Notes under the pieces: model-generated
What the model was told of the DNA's origin: nothing
The model's input: only the letters and a program-made list of their open reading frames with translations
Databases searched by the model: none
NCBI GenBank assembly: GCA_963769025.1
Contig: CAVYKI010000003.1
Span: 352,001 to 416,000, forward strand
Reading direction: 5' to 3'
Source: an uncultured Verrucomicrobiae bacterium
GTDB taxonomy: Bacteria > Verrucomicrobiota > Verrucomicrobiia > Chthoniobacterales > Chthoniobacteraceae
DNA length: 64,000 bases
In this document: positions 1 through 10,800 of the stretch, piece after piece
Layout: every line of letters starts with the position of its first letter
Position numbering within the stretch: position 1 is the stretch's first letter
Made by a program: the position numbers and the translations under genes

Positions 1-727
1 TCGAGCCGTCCAGTTCGGTGACCGAGTCGGCGCTCCGGCCACGAACGGTCATGTTGGCGGGGATGAACCGGTCGATGTCGTCGTTCGCCACCTTGGTAGT
101 CTCGATGCGGCGGGCGAGTTTTCCAGAAGGCGTATATTTTTCGACACGGAGCGGGACGAGGCGGCGGGTGTCCACCCACGAACGCACGCTGCCGTAGGTG
201 GAGCTCTGGCCTTTGCCCGGTTTCGATTCGAGAATCTGGCAGCTCACGCGGTCCACGACTTCGGTGCCGACGATGGCCTGCCGATCCCACGCGAAGAAGT
301 TTTCGATGACATCCTCATACGTCAAATCACTGCCGAACAGCGCGTCACTCATCTGTTCGGCCGAAAGCGAACGGACCGAATCCGGCGGCTGGAAAAGTGA
401 ACCGGTCGCGGAACGGTCGCCGATCCTTTTCAGGAGGACCGCCTCGCCCTTCCGCTCCCGGGGCCAGAGGACCTGGTAAACAACTTCGGATGCCGCCTTC
501 GTGCGGCGCTGTTTGATCTGGAGTTGAAGTGCACTCTTCGTAGAGCCGGTCACATCGAGCCGGAGTCGCACGTAGGATGAGCCATCCTGCTGGGCGGCGC
601 TGAGCCGCGCGGCGAGCTCGGCCGCTGACATGGCCGGCGCACTGTCCGCAGCGCGGACGGAAAAATTGCCGAGCACGCAGCAAAGGATGGCGGCAGGCAG
701 ACAAAGGTGGGTCGGGCGGATTTTCAT
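1..727 (-). CDS. Outer-membrane lipoprotein-sorting (LolA-like) periplasmic protein, truncated by the left window edge
   Basis: Manual translation from ATG 727 (absent from the ORF track because no stop lies in the window): MKIRPTHLCLPAAILCCVLGNFSVRAA (signal peptide)...WPRERKGEAVL...LFGSDLTYEDV...YGSVRSWVD...PLRVEKY. The FGSDxxYED motif is typical of LolA-like proteins. Confidence 0.75.
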   Translation of the reverse strand, partial: MKIRPTHLCLPAAILCCVLGNFSVRAADSAPAMSAAELAARLSAAQQDGSSYVRLRLDVTGSTKSALQLQIKQRRTKAASEVVYQVLWPRERKGEAVLLKRIGDRSATGSLFQPPDSVRSLSAEQMSDALFGSDLTYEDVIENFFAWDRQAIVGTEVVDRVSCQILESKPGKGQSSTYGSVRSWVDTRRLVPLRVEKYTPSGKLARRIETTKVANDDIDRFIPANMTVRGRSADSVTELDGS

Positions 728-773
728 GGCGGTGCGTTTCGGTAAAGGTTCGTCGTGCGAGGCATGCCATGCA

Positions 774-1883
774 TCAGGCGCAGACCGGGAGGTGGTTTTT
801 CTCGTAAACTTCGACGTCGTAAATGTTACCGGACCCCACAAGCGATGAGTGGCGGAAATTCGCCGAAGCCAGGAGACAGCGCAGATTCTCCCTGCTGCGG
901 TAGTTAAATTTCCTCCCAAACAATTCCAAAATGCGCGTGCTGGCCTCGTCCCGGTAGGTGTTGATGATCAGATGGGATTCGGGCGTCGTCATTGCGTGCA
1001 ATCTCGCTGCCAGATCCTGCGCCGTGGCCGAAGCGTCCGTCGGCTCGAGTTTGAGCCGCTGCTCGGTGGTGGCGTAGGAAAAGCCCTGAAAATACTCCAG
1101 GATGCCCATTGCGGTGACCACATCATACTTTGCCGGACCCTCCTGCCCGTGATCCGCGAAAATGTCCTCGGTCTCCGCTGAAATCCCGTGGCCCTTGCTG
1201 TGGCAAAATTTCGCCCCCTTGGTCGTCGCGAGTTTTTCCAGCAGGCGGTTCGCCTTTTCGATGTTCCCCTGCTCCCGGTCGGTGATGATCGCGGTGATCA
1301 GCTCGGGCCTGTAGCCATCCCGAACGAGCCTGTCGTATGCGAGGATCATGCTCAGGCCGGTGCCCGCCGCCACCGCTTTCAGGCGGACCCGCTCGCCTCG
1401 GTCGAGCCAGCGCTTCGCGGCATCGTACGTCGCCCGCGTTTCCCATGCGAGCCGGAGCTGCACGTCCTTCCCCTGGACCGAGTCAAAAAAGATCCGATCC
1501 CACATTCCGCCGTTCATCCTGAGCTCGGGCGCGATCATCATGTAGTGGCCGTTCATCGGATCTCCTTCGATCAAGGCCGCATTTTCCTTCCTGGAAGATC
1601 CCATCAGCGACCCGGCGAAACCATGCTTGCACCGTTTGAGGATGGCATTGGTGAAGACCGCAACTCCGGCGTTTCCCTCGCCCACGCCCCTCTCGGATTT
1701 CGTCGTCAATCGGAGGATCTGGTAAAAAGCCCTGGCGAAAGTTCTCCGGATGCGCCCGGCAGGCCTCTTGTCCTTGGTGGTGAAGATGACGCGGCTCAGG
1801 CTCGCGACGATCGATTCCGAAGATTCATGGTGGTCGGCGGAATAGAGTGCCGCGACCGCTTCCAAGGGCTGGAAATTTTTCAT
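774..1883 (-). CDS. Putative class I SAM-dependent methyltransferase
   Basis: 369 aa. Motif I-like VRLKAVAAGTG, acidic ITDRE and YDVVTAMGILEYF. Confidence 0.6.
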   Translation of the reverse strand: MKNFQPLEAVAALYSADHHESSESIVASLSRVIFTTKDKRPAGRIRRTFARAFYQILRLTTKSERGVGEGNAGVAVFTNAILKRCKHGFAGSLMGSSRKENAALIEGDPMNGHYMMIAPELRMNGGMWDRIFFDSVQGKDVQLRLAWETRATYDAAKRWLDRGERVRLKAVAAGTGLSMILAYDRLVRDGYRPELITAIITDREQGNIEKANRLLEKLATTKGAKFCHSKGHGISAETEDIFADHGQEGPAKYDVVTAMGILEYFQGFSYATTEQRLKLEPTDASATAQDLAARLHAMTTPESHLIINTYRDEASTRILELFGRKFNYRSRENLRCLLASANFRHSSLVGSGNIYDVEVYEKNHLPVCA

Positions 1884-1961
1884 TGGGAATCTCGCTGCGT
1901 CGCCGGACTGAACGGAACCAAGCCGGCTGCTGGCTGAGGAGGGAACGATAGGCAGGATCGG

Positions 1962-3077
1962 CTACCCGTAAAGGGCCAGACTGGGCGAAAGTCGCGAACT
2001 GCGCCATGCCGGATACAATCCGCTGAGGATTCCGACCGCGACGGCGATGGCCACGGAGATGAGCACGAGGTCGGGGCCAAAGTCCGGCTCCAGCAGTCCG
2101 CGCACAGCCGGCGTCGTTTCGAGGACCTTCAGTCCGATGGCGCCCATGATCACGCCGGTCACGCCACCCAGCAATCCGAGCAGGGCGGACTCACACAGCA
2201 CCATGTAAACAATGCGCCGCCGCTTCCACCCGACGGCCAGGAGGATGCCGATTTCGTGGGTCCGCTCGAACACGGTCATCAGCATCGTATTCATCACGCC
2301 GAGAATGCCGACCACGATGGCAAGGATCGAAGTGCTCCAGCTCATGGCCCTCGCGATTTGGAATCCCTGGCTGGTGCCGACCACTTCCCGCGCCACCATC
2401 GCGCGCCCTTCCGGAAAGATTTCCTTAATCGTGCCGCAAAGCGCGGCCACCTCGTCTTTCGTCGTGTTGGGGATGACGCGGATATCGATGAAATTGATCT
2501 TTCCTTGGTTCTCCGTGACCTCCTGCAGGACGGGAAGGGCGAGGATGATCGCGCCATTCTCCACCACGGCCTGACCATCCACGATTCCCACCACTGGCAA
2601 TTCCGCGGCCTCGATCTGCACCGTGTCACCCACCTTTTTCTTGAGCACTTCAGCCGCCAACCGGCCCAGGACGACCGCGCGCTCACTGGCGTCGCGCGGC
2701 AGTCTTCCTTCGATCACTTTCACCTGATCCCATGTGAACCCGCCCCACTCTCGCCCGGAAACCATCATCATCGGCGCATCCTCGATGCTCAGCATTTGCA
2801 TCAAGACGGAAGTCACTTCCGAGACCCGCGGCAGCTTGGCGATCCGGTCCTTTAGCGACTCATCGTACACCTTCGGCATGATGCCTCCGCTCATGTTGCT
2901 CACCACCACGTCGATACCCATCACGTCCAGTTGCTTGGTGATGCTCTTCTCGTAACCCCACGCCATCCCGACCAGCGCCACGACCGCCGCGATGCCGATG
3001 GAGATGCCCACCAGCGTGAGCGCCGTGCGCACCGGGCGCCGCAGCAGCCCCCGCACGATGATGGTGAAAAAGGTCAT
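1962..3077 (-). CDS. ABC transporter permease, MacB/FtsX/LolCE family
   Basis: RRPVRTALTLVGISIGIAAVV, a periplasmic domain, NTMLMTVFERTHEIGILLAVGW and GLYPAWRSSRLSP. Confidence 0.92.
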   Translation of the reverse strand: MTFFTIIVRGLLRRPVRTALTLVGISIGIAAVVALVGMAWGYEKSITKQLDVMGIDVVVSNMSGGIMPKVYDESLKDRIAKLPRVSEVTSVLMQMLSIEDAPMMMVSGREWGGFTWDQVKVIEGRLPRDASERAVVLGRLAAEVLKKKVGDTVQIEAAELPVVGIVDGQAVVENGAIILALPVLQEVTENQGKINFIDIRVIPNTTKDEVAALCGTIKEIFPEGRAMVAREVVGTSQGFQIARAMSWSTSILAIVVGILGVMNTMLMTVFERTHEIGILLAVGWKRRRIVYMVLCESALLGLLGGVTGVIMGAIGLKVLETTPAVRGLLEPDFGPDLVLISVAIAVAVGILSGLYPAWRSSRLSPSLALYG

Positions 3078-3078
3078 G

Positions 3079-3813
3079 TCAGCCGGCTTTGGTGGTGAAG
3101 GTGGATTTGCCGTCGGAGACGATGCGCCCGTCCTTCATCTGAATCGTGCGCGAGGCCCGCTTCGCGATGGAAAGATCGTGCGTGATGAGCACCAGCGTCA
3201 TCTTCCGCTCGCGGTGAAGGCGGGTGAGAAGCTCCAGGACGTGTTCGGCATTCTTGCTGTCGAGGTTGCCGGTCGGTTCGTCGGCAAGCAGGACCGAAGG
3301 GCCGTTTGCAAGGCTGCGCGCGATGGCGACGCGCTGCCGTTCGCCGCCGGAAAGCTTCGCGGGGAAATGATCGAGCCGGTGCTCCAACCCCACGGCCTTC
3401 AGCAATTCCACAGCCTGCTCCGTTCGCTCCGACGCGCTGCGTTTCGTTTCGAACATCGGGATCTGCACATTCTCCAGCGCCGTGAAGGTCGGGAGCAGAT
3501 GAAACGCCTGGAAGATGAACCCGATTTCGCGGGCCCGATACTCCGCGGGGTCGTGCAAGCGGCCGAGCGAACCTCCGCGGTAGAGAAGGGTTCCTGCACT
3601 CGGTTGATCGAGCGCGCCGAGCATCTGCAGCAGCGTGGTCTTTCCGCATCCGCTCGGGCCGGTGATGGCGACGAACTCGCCCTCGGCGATGTGGAAATCC
3701 ACGCCGCGCAGCGCCTGCACCTGGCCGTCGTCAAATTCCTTCATCAACCCGGCCGCGTCGAACACGCGCTCCGGCGCTCCATCCGGATCAGCATCGGTCG
3801 TGTCGGCGCTCAT
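3079..3813 (-). CDS. ABC transporter ATP-binding protein (LolD-like)
   Basis: Walker A GPSGCGKT, signature LSGGERQR, Walker [12 protein letters not shown] and H-loop ITHD. Confidence 0.95.
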   Translation of the reverse strand: MSADTTDADPDGAPERVFDAAGLMKEFDDGQVQALRGVDFHIAEGEFVAITGPSGCGKTTLLQMLGALDQPSAGTLLYRGGSLGRLHDPAEYRAREIGFIFQAFHLLPTFTALENVQIPMFETKRSASERTEQAVELLKAVGLEHRLDHFPAKLSGGERQRVAIARSLANGPSVLLADEPTGNLDSKNAEHVLELLTRLHRERKMTLVLITHDLSIAKRASRTIQMKDGRIVSDGKSTFTTKAG

Positions 3814-5480
3814 CGGGCTCCTTTCAAGATCTCCATCACAGCCTTTACCGTCTTGGGCTTCTCGATGCAGACGTGCATGTAGGGGACGGTCGTCTCCGAG
3901 GCGGCTCCCGGCAGATGCGCGCTCCAGTAGGGCACGACGCCATCGCCTCGCGTTTGAAAATCAGCCACCCCGCGCGTGGCGATGATGGAATGATAGCTGA
4001 CGCTCATCGGCCGCTGCGCCAAAGCAATGAAGAAGGGATGTCCGGTGGAACAATTCTCGGTTCCCTCGATGCCCCAATTGTGGAATCCGCGCAGTGTCGG
4101 ATGAATGAAGGATGGAGGAAGCGCCGCCAGTGCCTGCACCTGTTCCTTGGCAGTTTTCGGCAGGAAGAGGATGACGCGCAGCACCGTCTGGACGATGCCC
4201 ACGTCTGCAAGCACGCTGCCCTGGTGCGGCGTGGCGACAAACACGACGGTCTTCACGCCGGGGGCGTGTTTGAAGAACAGCGCACCCTGCAGCACGCGCT
4301 GCGTCCTGGCATCGACCTGACGCGCCACCTTTCTCGGTGGGACTGCAAAAAATGAGCGCCAAAAATCCGGCCCCGAATCAATGGCCTGCATGCGCGTCAG
4401 CAATCCGCCCATGCTGTGCCCGACCAGAACGACGCGGTCGAACCCGGGATCCCGATGTTCGGGATCCAGCGTGTCGCGCGAGCGTTTCAGCAACTCCCGC
4501 AGCCGTGCAGCCGAGACAGGGATAGGCAGCTTGGATGGGTAAAAGAAACAGGCGGGCTGATAGCGGCGGCGGAGTTCGGGGTCGGCCAGCAGTGCGTTGA
4601 CGGAATTCTTCCAAATGACCGGCCCGGAGTGCAGCCCGTGGACGAAGACGACGGGCACTTTGTTGCGGTCGTAGCGATTGAGAAAAAATAACTGCGACTC
4701 GTCCTCGCCGGACGCTGATGGAGCCACGCTACGTCGCCCATCGGCCTCGCGGATGGAATCCGTCAGCGACAATTGCAAAGCGGCGGTGAGATTTTCCGCC
4801 AGCAGCCGGGCATGGTTCGCCACCGTCACGACCGAGACCTTCAGCGGATTGTAAAAACGGACCCTTGCCTCGGCAGGCTGACCGGGAGCTTTTGCAGGGA
4901 ACTCCAGCATCGCAGTCGCCGAAAGAAACTCGCCGCGCGGAGGATGGAAGGGCTGGGCTGCGCGCCGGGAATCCGGTTGTGCCAGCACCACCGGAACGCC
5001 AATCCCGCCACGCGACACCACCCGGTCAAAGCCGGTCAATTTCACATCGCTGGCCAGCGTGCAATGGGCGAACTCCGCGAGCGCCAGCGTACGCCCGGAG
5101 CCATGTCGCACGGGGGCATCGAAGGTCACCCGCCACGGCTGCGCGCCGCGCACTTGGAATTCCTTGGCCCACGCGGCGGTCCCTTCACTTGCACGCAAGC
5201 CCTTCACCACTGCGACCACGGCCCGGTCGTATTTCCGCAGGGCATTTTGTGCCGCCACACTCCCGGGCTCCTCCTGCAGCATGACCTGCCACGCTTTGTA
5301 CGCCTTATCCAAATCGGATGCGGTGCGCGCGCCTGCGGTTGGATGCACCGCAGTGGTCTTGATCCCCTGGCACGCGGGGAGAAATACAAACACTGCTCCG
5401 GCGATGACCAGCGAGCGTGACCAGCGGGTCAGGCGTCCGCGGGCAGTGACGTCCGCAGGCGTGGGAAGTGAATGCGTCAT
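3810..5480 (-). CDS. Lipoprotein alpha/beta hydrolase (lipase/esterase, PGAP1-like)
   Basis: C-terminal part of the 876-aa track ORF. Its ATG at 5480 overlaps the desaturase TGA (ATGA). Lipobox FLPAC, VFVHGL, nucleophile GHSMGG, ATPHQGS, GDGVVP and a late His. Confidence 0.85.
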   Translation of the reverse strand: MTHSLPTPADVTARGRLTRWSRSLVIAGAVFVFLPACQGIKTTAVHPTAGARTASDLDKAYKAWQVMLQEEPGSVAAQNALRKYDRAVVAVVKGLRASEGTAAWAKEFQVRGAQPWRVTFDAPVRHGSGRTLALAEFAHCTLASDVKLTGFDRVVSRGGIGVPVVLAQPDSRRAAQPFHPPRGEFLSATAMLEFPAKAPGQPAEARVRFYNPLKVSVVTVANHARLLAENLTAALQLSLTDSIREADGRRSVAPSASGEDESQLFFLNRYDRNKVPVVFVHGLHSGPVIWKNSVNALLADPELRRRYQPACFFYPSKLPIPVSAARLRELLKRSRDTLDPEHRDPGFDRVVLVGHSMGGLLTRMQAIDSGPDFWRSFFAVPPRKVARQVDARTQRVLQGALFFKHAPGVKTVVFVATPHQGSVLADVGIVQTVLRVILFLPKTAKEQVQALAALPPSFIHPTLRGFHNWGIEGTENCSTGHPFFIALAQRPMSVSYHSIIATRGVADFQTRGDGVVPYWSAHLPGAASETTVPYMHVCIEKPKTVKAVMEILKGAR

Positions 5481-6440
5481 TCCCGGTGGGCAGTCGTCCG
5501 CCATTGGGCGCCGACGCGCGGGTCGCCGAGGTTGCGGAGCAGGTGCAGCAACGCATGCCGATAGCTTGGGAACGGATGGATTTCGTCCTCCGTCCGCGGC
5601 GTGAGCTCCGCGGCGTGCAGCGGCAGTTCCGCGTGCGGGATCCCCATCCGAATGTGATGCACGCCGTGGTACGGCTCGTGAAGCAGCGTGAAGGCGACGA
5701 GCCGGCCGGGCCAGCCCCTCGCGACGATGCTCCGCGTCGAGCTGTTCACCGTGTCGCCCGTGAGACCGACGTGCTCGATGTATTTCCGCCAGCTCTGCAA
5801 GTTCGCGGCGATATACGCGGGCACCAGATACATCCACAAAAGGTAGCGCCACCCGTTCCAATGCCACGCAGCGAGCACGATCGCCAGTCCACACGACGAC
5901 GATCAGCGCGTACTCCTGCCAGATTCTCCGGCGCACTTTCTTGCTGCGAATCGGCGAACCGGCGCGGAGGAAAATCCGCAGGAACAGGACCGGCAGGAAA
6001 ACGAGTCCGACGGTGAGTTCGAGGATCGCCGCGAGAATCCTCCCCCAGCGCGGCGCCGTCGGATGGACGAACGGCCACAGTTCCTCATCGCGCTCGGTGG
6101 CCAGGTGCATGTGGTGGAGCTGATGCGCGGCGCGGTAGAGGCTGAAGCTCATGAAGCTGAACAGCCCGAGAAGGACGCCATCGAATTCGTTGAAGCGCCG
6201 ATTTTTCCGCAGCAGGCCGTGCGTCGCCTCGTGAAAACCGACCGCAGCCCCGTGCATGAGATGGCTGAGGACCAGGACGAGCGGCACCGCGAACCAGAGC
6301 GACACTCCGCTCTGCAAAACCAACGCCAGCGCGATCTCGGTGATGAGGATCAGAATGATCAGGATTTGAAACGCCGAGCGGCTCACCCAGTGGGGCTCGT
6401 GCATCTCGGTCGATCGCTCCATGGTTTGCGTGGTGTTCAT
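5477..6440 (-). CDS. Membrane fatty acid desaturase family protein (one frameshift near 5880)
   Basis: His boxes HEATH and HQLHH lie in ORF 3810..6440, and HEPYHGVHH lies in ORF 5477..5878. Transmembrane segments are present. Confidence 0.85.
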
Positions 6441-7807
6441 CGCAGTTCGCCCATGAGGGCGGAGGTCAGGATTTCCGGCGACTGGCAGGCGCCCTTGAGG
6501 ACCGCCTCAAACATGCGTCCGAGGTGCCGGATTTCTTCGGCGGAAAACATATCCAGCCGGAACAGCCACACCACCTCGAGTCCGTCGCCCTCCTCGGTGA
6601 TTTCGCAGCCGAGGTCGAAGCGCGCCGTGCCCGTCGAGCGCATCCGCAGCTTCGGCGAAAAGCCGGGCAGCGAGATGTCGGGAACGGGATGATTTTGCAG
6701 CGCGAAGCGCACCTCGAAAACCGGATTGCGGCCCGGCACCGGCGCTTCGCCGAGCGCCTTGGCGAGTTCGGCAAAGGGCATGGCATTGGCGAAGGCATTC
6801 GACCGTGGCCTCATGCACCGCGCGCAGGCTGTCGGAGAATGACCGCGTGCGATCCACCTGGCCGCGCAGCGGCACGATGCCGGAAAAGTAGCCCATCGTT
6901 TCGCGCACGGCCTGTTTGTTGCGATTCGCCACCGGCGTGCCGACGAGGATGTCGTCCGCGCCCGTCCATTGCGAGAGCGTGATCTGGAATGCCGCCAGCA
7001 GCGTGCTGAAGAGCGTCGCGCCGTCGCGCCGCGCGCAGCTCCCGCACGGCGCGGCCGAGTTCGGCGGAGAGATTGCATCGCCCAGCGCTCGCGCTCGCCG
7101 GCCGGCGGCGTCGGAATCCGCGGGCGGACTCCAGAGCCGGCGCGTTCCGGCGAGCTGCGCTTTCCAAAACGCGGCGCGCGCGCGCGAGTTCCGCCGGCTG
7201 CCAGAATGCACGCTCGGCGGCGCCCCACTCGGCGTAGGTGAGCGGCACGGGCGGCAGCGGGCCGTGCACGCCTTTCACGCGTCTCCATGTAGGCGCGCGA
7301 ACAGATCCTGCACGAAGACGCCGAGCGTCCAGCCATCGGCGATGGCGTGATGGATCGCGAAGACCAGCACGTGATCGTCCGCCGCGCGCCGGAGCACTTC
7401 CACGCGATAGAGCGGCCCCTGCACGAGGTCGAAGGGCTCGCGGAAAATCTCCGTGCGCCAGTTCCTCGATCGCCTCCGGGTGCGCTTGCGCCGGCGGAGA
7501 GCTCGCGGAATCCGAGCACTGGCCTCGCCGGTCTTGCCGGACCATCTGCACCGGCCGCTCCTTGCCCGGCAGAAAGGACAGGCGCAGCACCTCCTGCCGC
7601 TCCACGACCCGCTGCATCGCCGTCTCGCAGATCCGCCGGCGTGATCGGGCCGCGCATCGTGATGAGGCAGCAGATGTGGTTCGCCGGATCGCCGACCGGG
7701 ACCGGCGACGCCTCCCACAGCTCGCGCTGCGGAAAGGTCAGCGGCTGGAGGCGGGCTTCCCCGCTCTCCAGCCATTGCTTCAGCCGGGCTCGGTTATCTT
7801 GTGACAT
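6437..7807 (-). CDS. Stand-alone NRPS-type condensation domain protein (several frameshifts)
   Basis: PLTFPQRELW; ERQEVLRLSF; PFDLVQGPLYRV; active-site HHAIADGW (about 7330-7352); DDILVGTPVANR; NPVFEVRFALQN; TARFDL. These pieces are spread over three frames. Confidence 0.9.
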   Translation of the reverse strand: MSQDNRARLKQWLESGEARLQPLTFPQRELWEASPVPVGDPANHICCLITMRGPITPADLRDGDAAGRGAAGGAAPVLSAGQGAAGADGPARPARPVLGFRELSAGASAPGGDRGTGARRFSASPSTSCRGRSIAWKCSGARRTITCWSSRSITPSPMAGRSASSCRICSRAYMETRERRARPAAARAAHLRRVGRRRACILAAGGTRARAPRFGKRSSPERAGSGVRPRIPTPPAGERERWAMQSLRRTRPRRAGAARGATARRSSARCWRHSRSRSRNGRARTTSSSARRWRIATNRPCAKRWATFPASCRCAARWIARGHSPTACARCMRPRSNAFANAMPFAELAKALGEAPVPGRNPVFEVRFALQNHPVPDISLPGFSPKLRMRSTGTARFDLGCEITEEGDGLEVVWLFRLDMFSAEEIRHLGRMFEAVLKGACQSPEILTSALMGELR

Positions 7808-10800
7808 CCGACGATTTCAGGGTCGCGGTTTCGTCCGCGGGTTGCTTGGGATCCGGCGCTGCCTCCTCGCCGAGCAACTGGTCGATGTCCTCGTCGGAAA
7901 GCGCGTCCAGATCCACGTCATCGGCGGGCGCCTCTTCCGCGGTCACGGGCGCTGCGGCGGCCGGCTTGGCCGCGCCCGCTCCGCCGCCCATGTGCTCGGC
8001 GATCAAGGTCGCGATCTGGCCGATGGTGCGCGCGCGCATGAGGCTCGTCGGGCGGCAGGGCGACGCCGATGGCGGCTTCGAGCGAGTTTTCGATTTCGAC
8101 GCCCATGAGCGAGTCGAGCCCGAGGTCGGTGAGCGGCTGATCGTCGCGCAGGCTCTCCGGCTTCACGCGCAGCACCGAGCCGACGACTTCGCGCACGGCC
8201 TGGCCGATGACGCCCTCGCGTTCCTCCGGCGCGGCGGCTTCGATCCGGCAGCCGCCAGTCGCTCGTCGCGCCGCTGGTTTCCTGGCTTTCGACGCCGCCG
8301 GCGAAGATGCGCTCGAGCAGCGGATTCTCCTGCATGCCGCGGAAGGACTGCCGCCACTTGGCCCAGTCCACGCGGATGGCCGTCGACCTGCGCGGCGTGC
8401 CGCGCGTGAGGAAGGATTCGAGGAGCGTGGTGACCTCGCCCGGCGAGAGCGCGCGCGGTGCCCTGACGGGCGAGGAATTCGGCGACGCGCTCGTTGCGCG
8501 CGACGTAGCCTTCGCCGCCGAGCACGCCCCAGTTGATCGTGAGCGCGGGCAGGCCGAGCGCGCGGCGATGATGGGCGAGCGAATCGAGGAAGGCATTGGC
8601 CGCGCCGTAGTTGCCCTGCGCGGGATTGCCGAAGATGCTCGAGACGGACGAGAACATCACGAAGCAATCGAGCGCCATCGCCTTGCGTGTCCTCGTGCAG
8701 CAGCCATGCGCCGTGCGCCTTCGGCGCCATGACGGTCCGCATGCGCTCGCGGGTGAGCGCGGAGAGCGGCGCGTCGTCGATGACCATCGCGAGGTGGAAG
8801 ATGCCCTGCAGCGGCTGCGCCTGCGGAGCCGGCTTCCTCGATGCAGGCGCTTCACGTCCTTCGGCGAGCCGACGTCCGCCTTGACGACCTTCGTCGTCCA
8901 CGCCGCGGCTCTTCAGCTTCTCCACAAAGGCGACCGCCTCCGGAGTGGAGGCGCCGCTGCGGCTGCGTGAGCACGAGGTGACGCGCGCCGCATTCCACGA
9001 GCCATTCGGCGAGCACTCTGCCGAATCCGCCGAAGGCCGCCGGTGATGAGATAGCAGCCGTCCGCCTTGACCGCGAAGGCCGGCAGCGAGCGGTTCGCCG
9101 CGCCGCGGGACGAATGCCTCGGCGAAGGCGACGACGACCTTGCCGATGTGCTTGCCGCCCGCCATGAGGCGGAAGGCCGCATCGATGCGGCTGGCCGGGA
9201 AGGAGCGGAACGGGCAGCGGCGTGAGCGCGCCCTTCTCCACGAGCCCGGCGATCTCCGCCAGCAGCTCGCGCGTCAGCGCTTCGTCGCCGGCGAAGACGG
9301 CGTCCATCGCGACGACGTGGAACGAGGCGTTGCGCCGCAGCGACCAGAGCGGGATGCGCGAGTTCTGGTAGATGTCGCGTTTGCCGATCTCGATGAAGCG
9401 GCCGAACTCCGCGAGGCAGGAGAGGCCCATCGGGATCGCCTCGGCGGCGAGCGCGTTGAGCACGACGTCCACGCCGCGGCCGTTCGGTCAGTTCCATGAC
9501 CGCCTCCGCGAAGTCGCCGCGCCGCGAGTCGATGACGTGCTTGACGCCGAGCGTCTTCGAGCAGCGCGCGCTTGGTCGGGCTGCCGGCGGAGGCGATGAC
9601 TTCGGCGCCGAGGTGATGCGCGATCTGGATCGCCGCCATGCCGACGCCGCCCGCGCCCGCGTGGACGAGGATGCATCTCGCCGGCCTTGCATCCGCGCGA
9701 CGTTCTTCAGCGCATACCACGCGGTCATGAAGACGACCGGGATGCGTCGCCGCTTCCTCGAAGGAAAGGCCCTTCGGCATGCGGCCGCACATCGCCGCCG
9801 CGCGCGAGCGTCTGCGTGGCCAGGCCGAAGACGGCGAGACCGAAGACGCGGTCGCCCGGCCGCGACGTGCGTGACGCCTTCGCCGACCGCAGTCACGATC
9901 GCCGCCGACTTCGTCGCCGAAGATGCGCGCATCCGGCGTCTCCGCCGGGATAAAGCGCGAGCGCCTTGAGCACGTCGCGGAAGTTCATGCCCGCGGCCTT
10001 CACCTCGATCGAGCACTTCGCCGGGTCCGCAGCGGCGGCAGCGCGAACGGCGTGAAGCGCAGGTGTCGAGCAGGCCGCGCTCGCGGGATTCGAGGCGCAG
10101 CGGGATGCGAGGCATCGAGCTGCTGCTCGCGCGCGGGCATGCCGCGGTCGAGGCGCTGCACGTAGCGCGCCTCGCCGCGGAGGGCGATTTCGCGCTCGGC
10201 TGTCCAGATGGCAGCAGTTCGCTCCAGAGCGAGGCCGACATCGGTCTTGCGACGGCTGCCGGCGGCAGGTCGATGCCGCGGCAGGCGAAGTTCGGATGCT
10301 CGTTGAGGATCACGCGGAAAAGGCCGATCGACGGGCGCCTGCGCGACGGCGGTGGCGCCCATGTCGCGACCCGCCGGCTGCGCGCCGCGCGTGACGAGAT
10401 CGATGCGGAGCTTGGCCGCGGGCATCGTGCCTTCCAGCGCGTGCGTGAGATGGAGCAGCGAGTCGATGCCCATGAGCGCATCGTCCTCGTTGCCGCCCGT
10501 TTTCGCATCGAGGCTCCAGAGGTAAACGATCCGCTCCGGCGGCGCGTCCGCGGCGACGGTTCGCGAAAAGCTGCTTCCAGTCGTCCGGCTCCTCCGCGCG
10601 AAGGGTGAAGGCGTCCGCGCCCTTCGCGGCGAAAGCCGTTGCCGCGGCGGACGACGCGGCAGCGCGCGCCGGCGGACGTCACGCGGGCGATCGAGCTCGT
10701 TCGCCGAGTTCCGGACTCATCGGCAAAGATGAGCCACGACGTCTCGACTGGCGCGTCGGTCGCTCCGGATTCAGCATGGACCGACGCGGCGTCGCCGCGC

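Noticed and set aside
3810..6440. 876-aa desaturase-hydrolase fusion in the ORF track
   Set aside because: Frameshift artefact. The desaturase C-terminus (third His box) is in ORF 5477..5878, and the hydrolase has its own ATG and lipobox at 5480.
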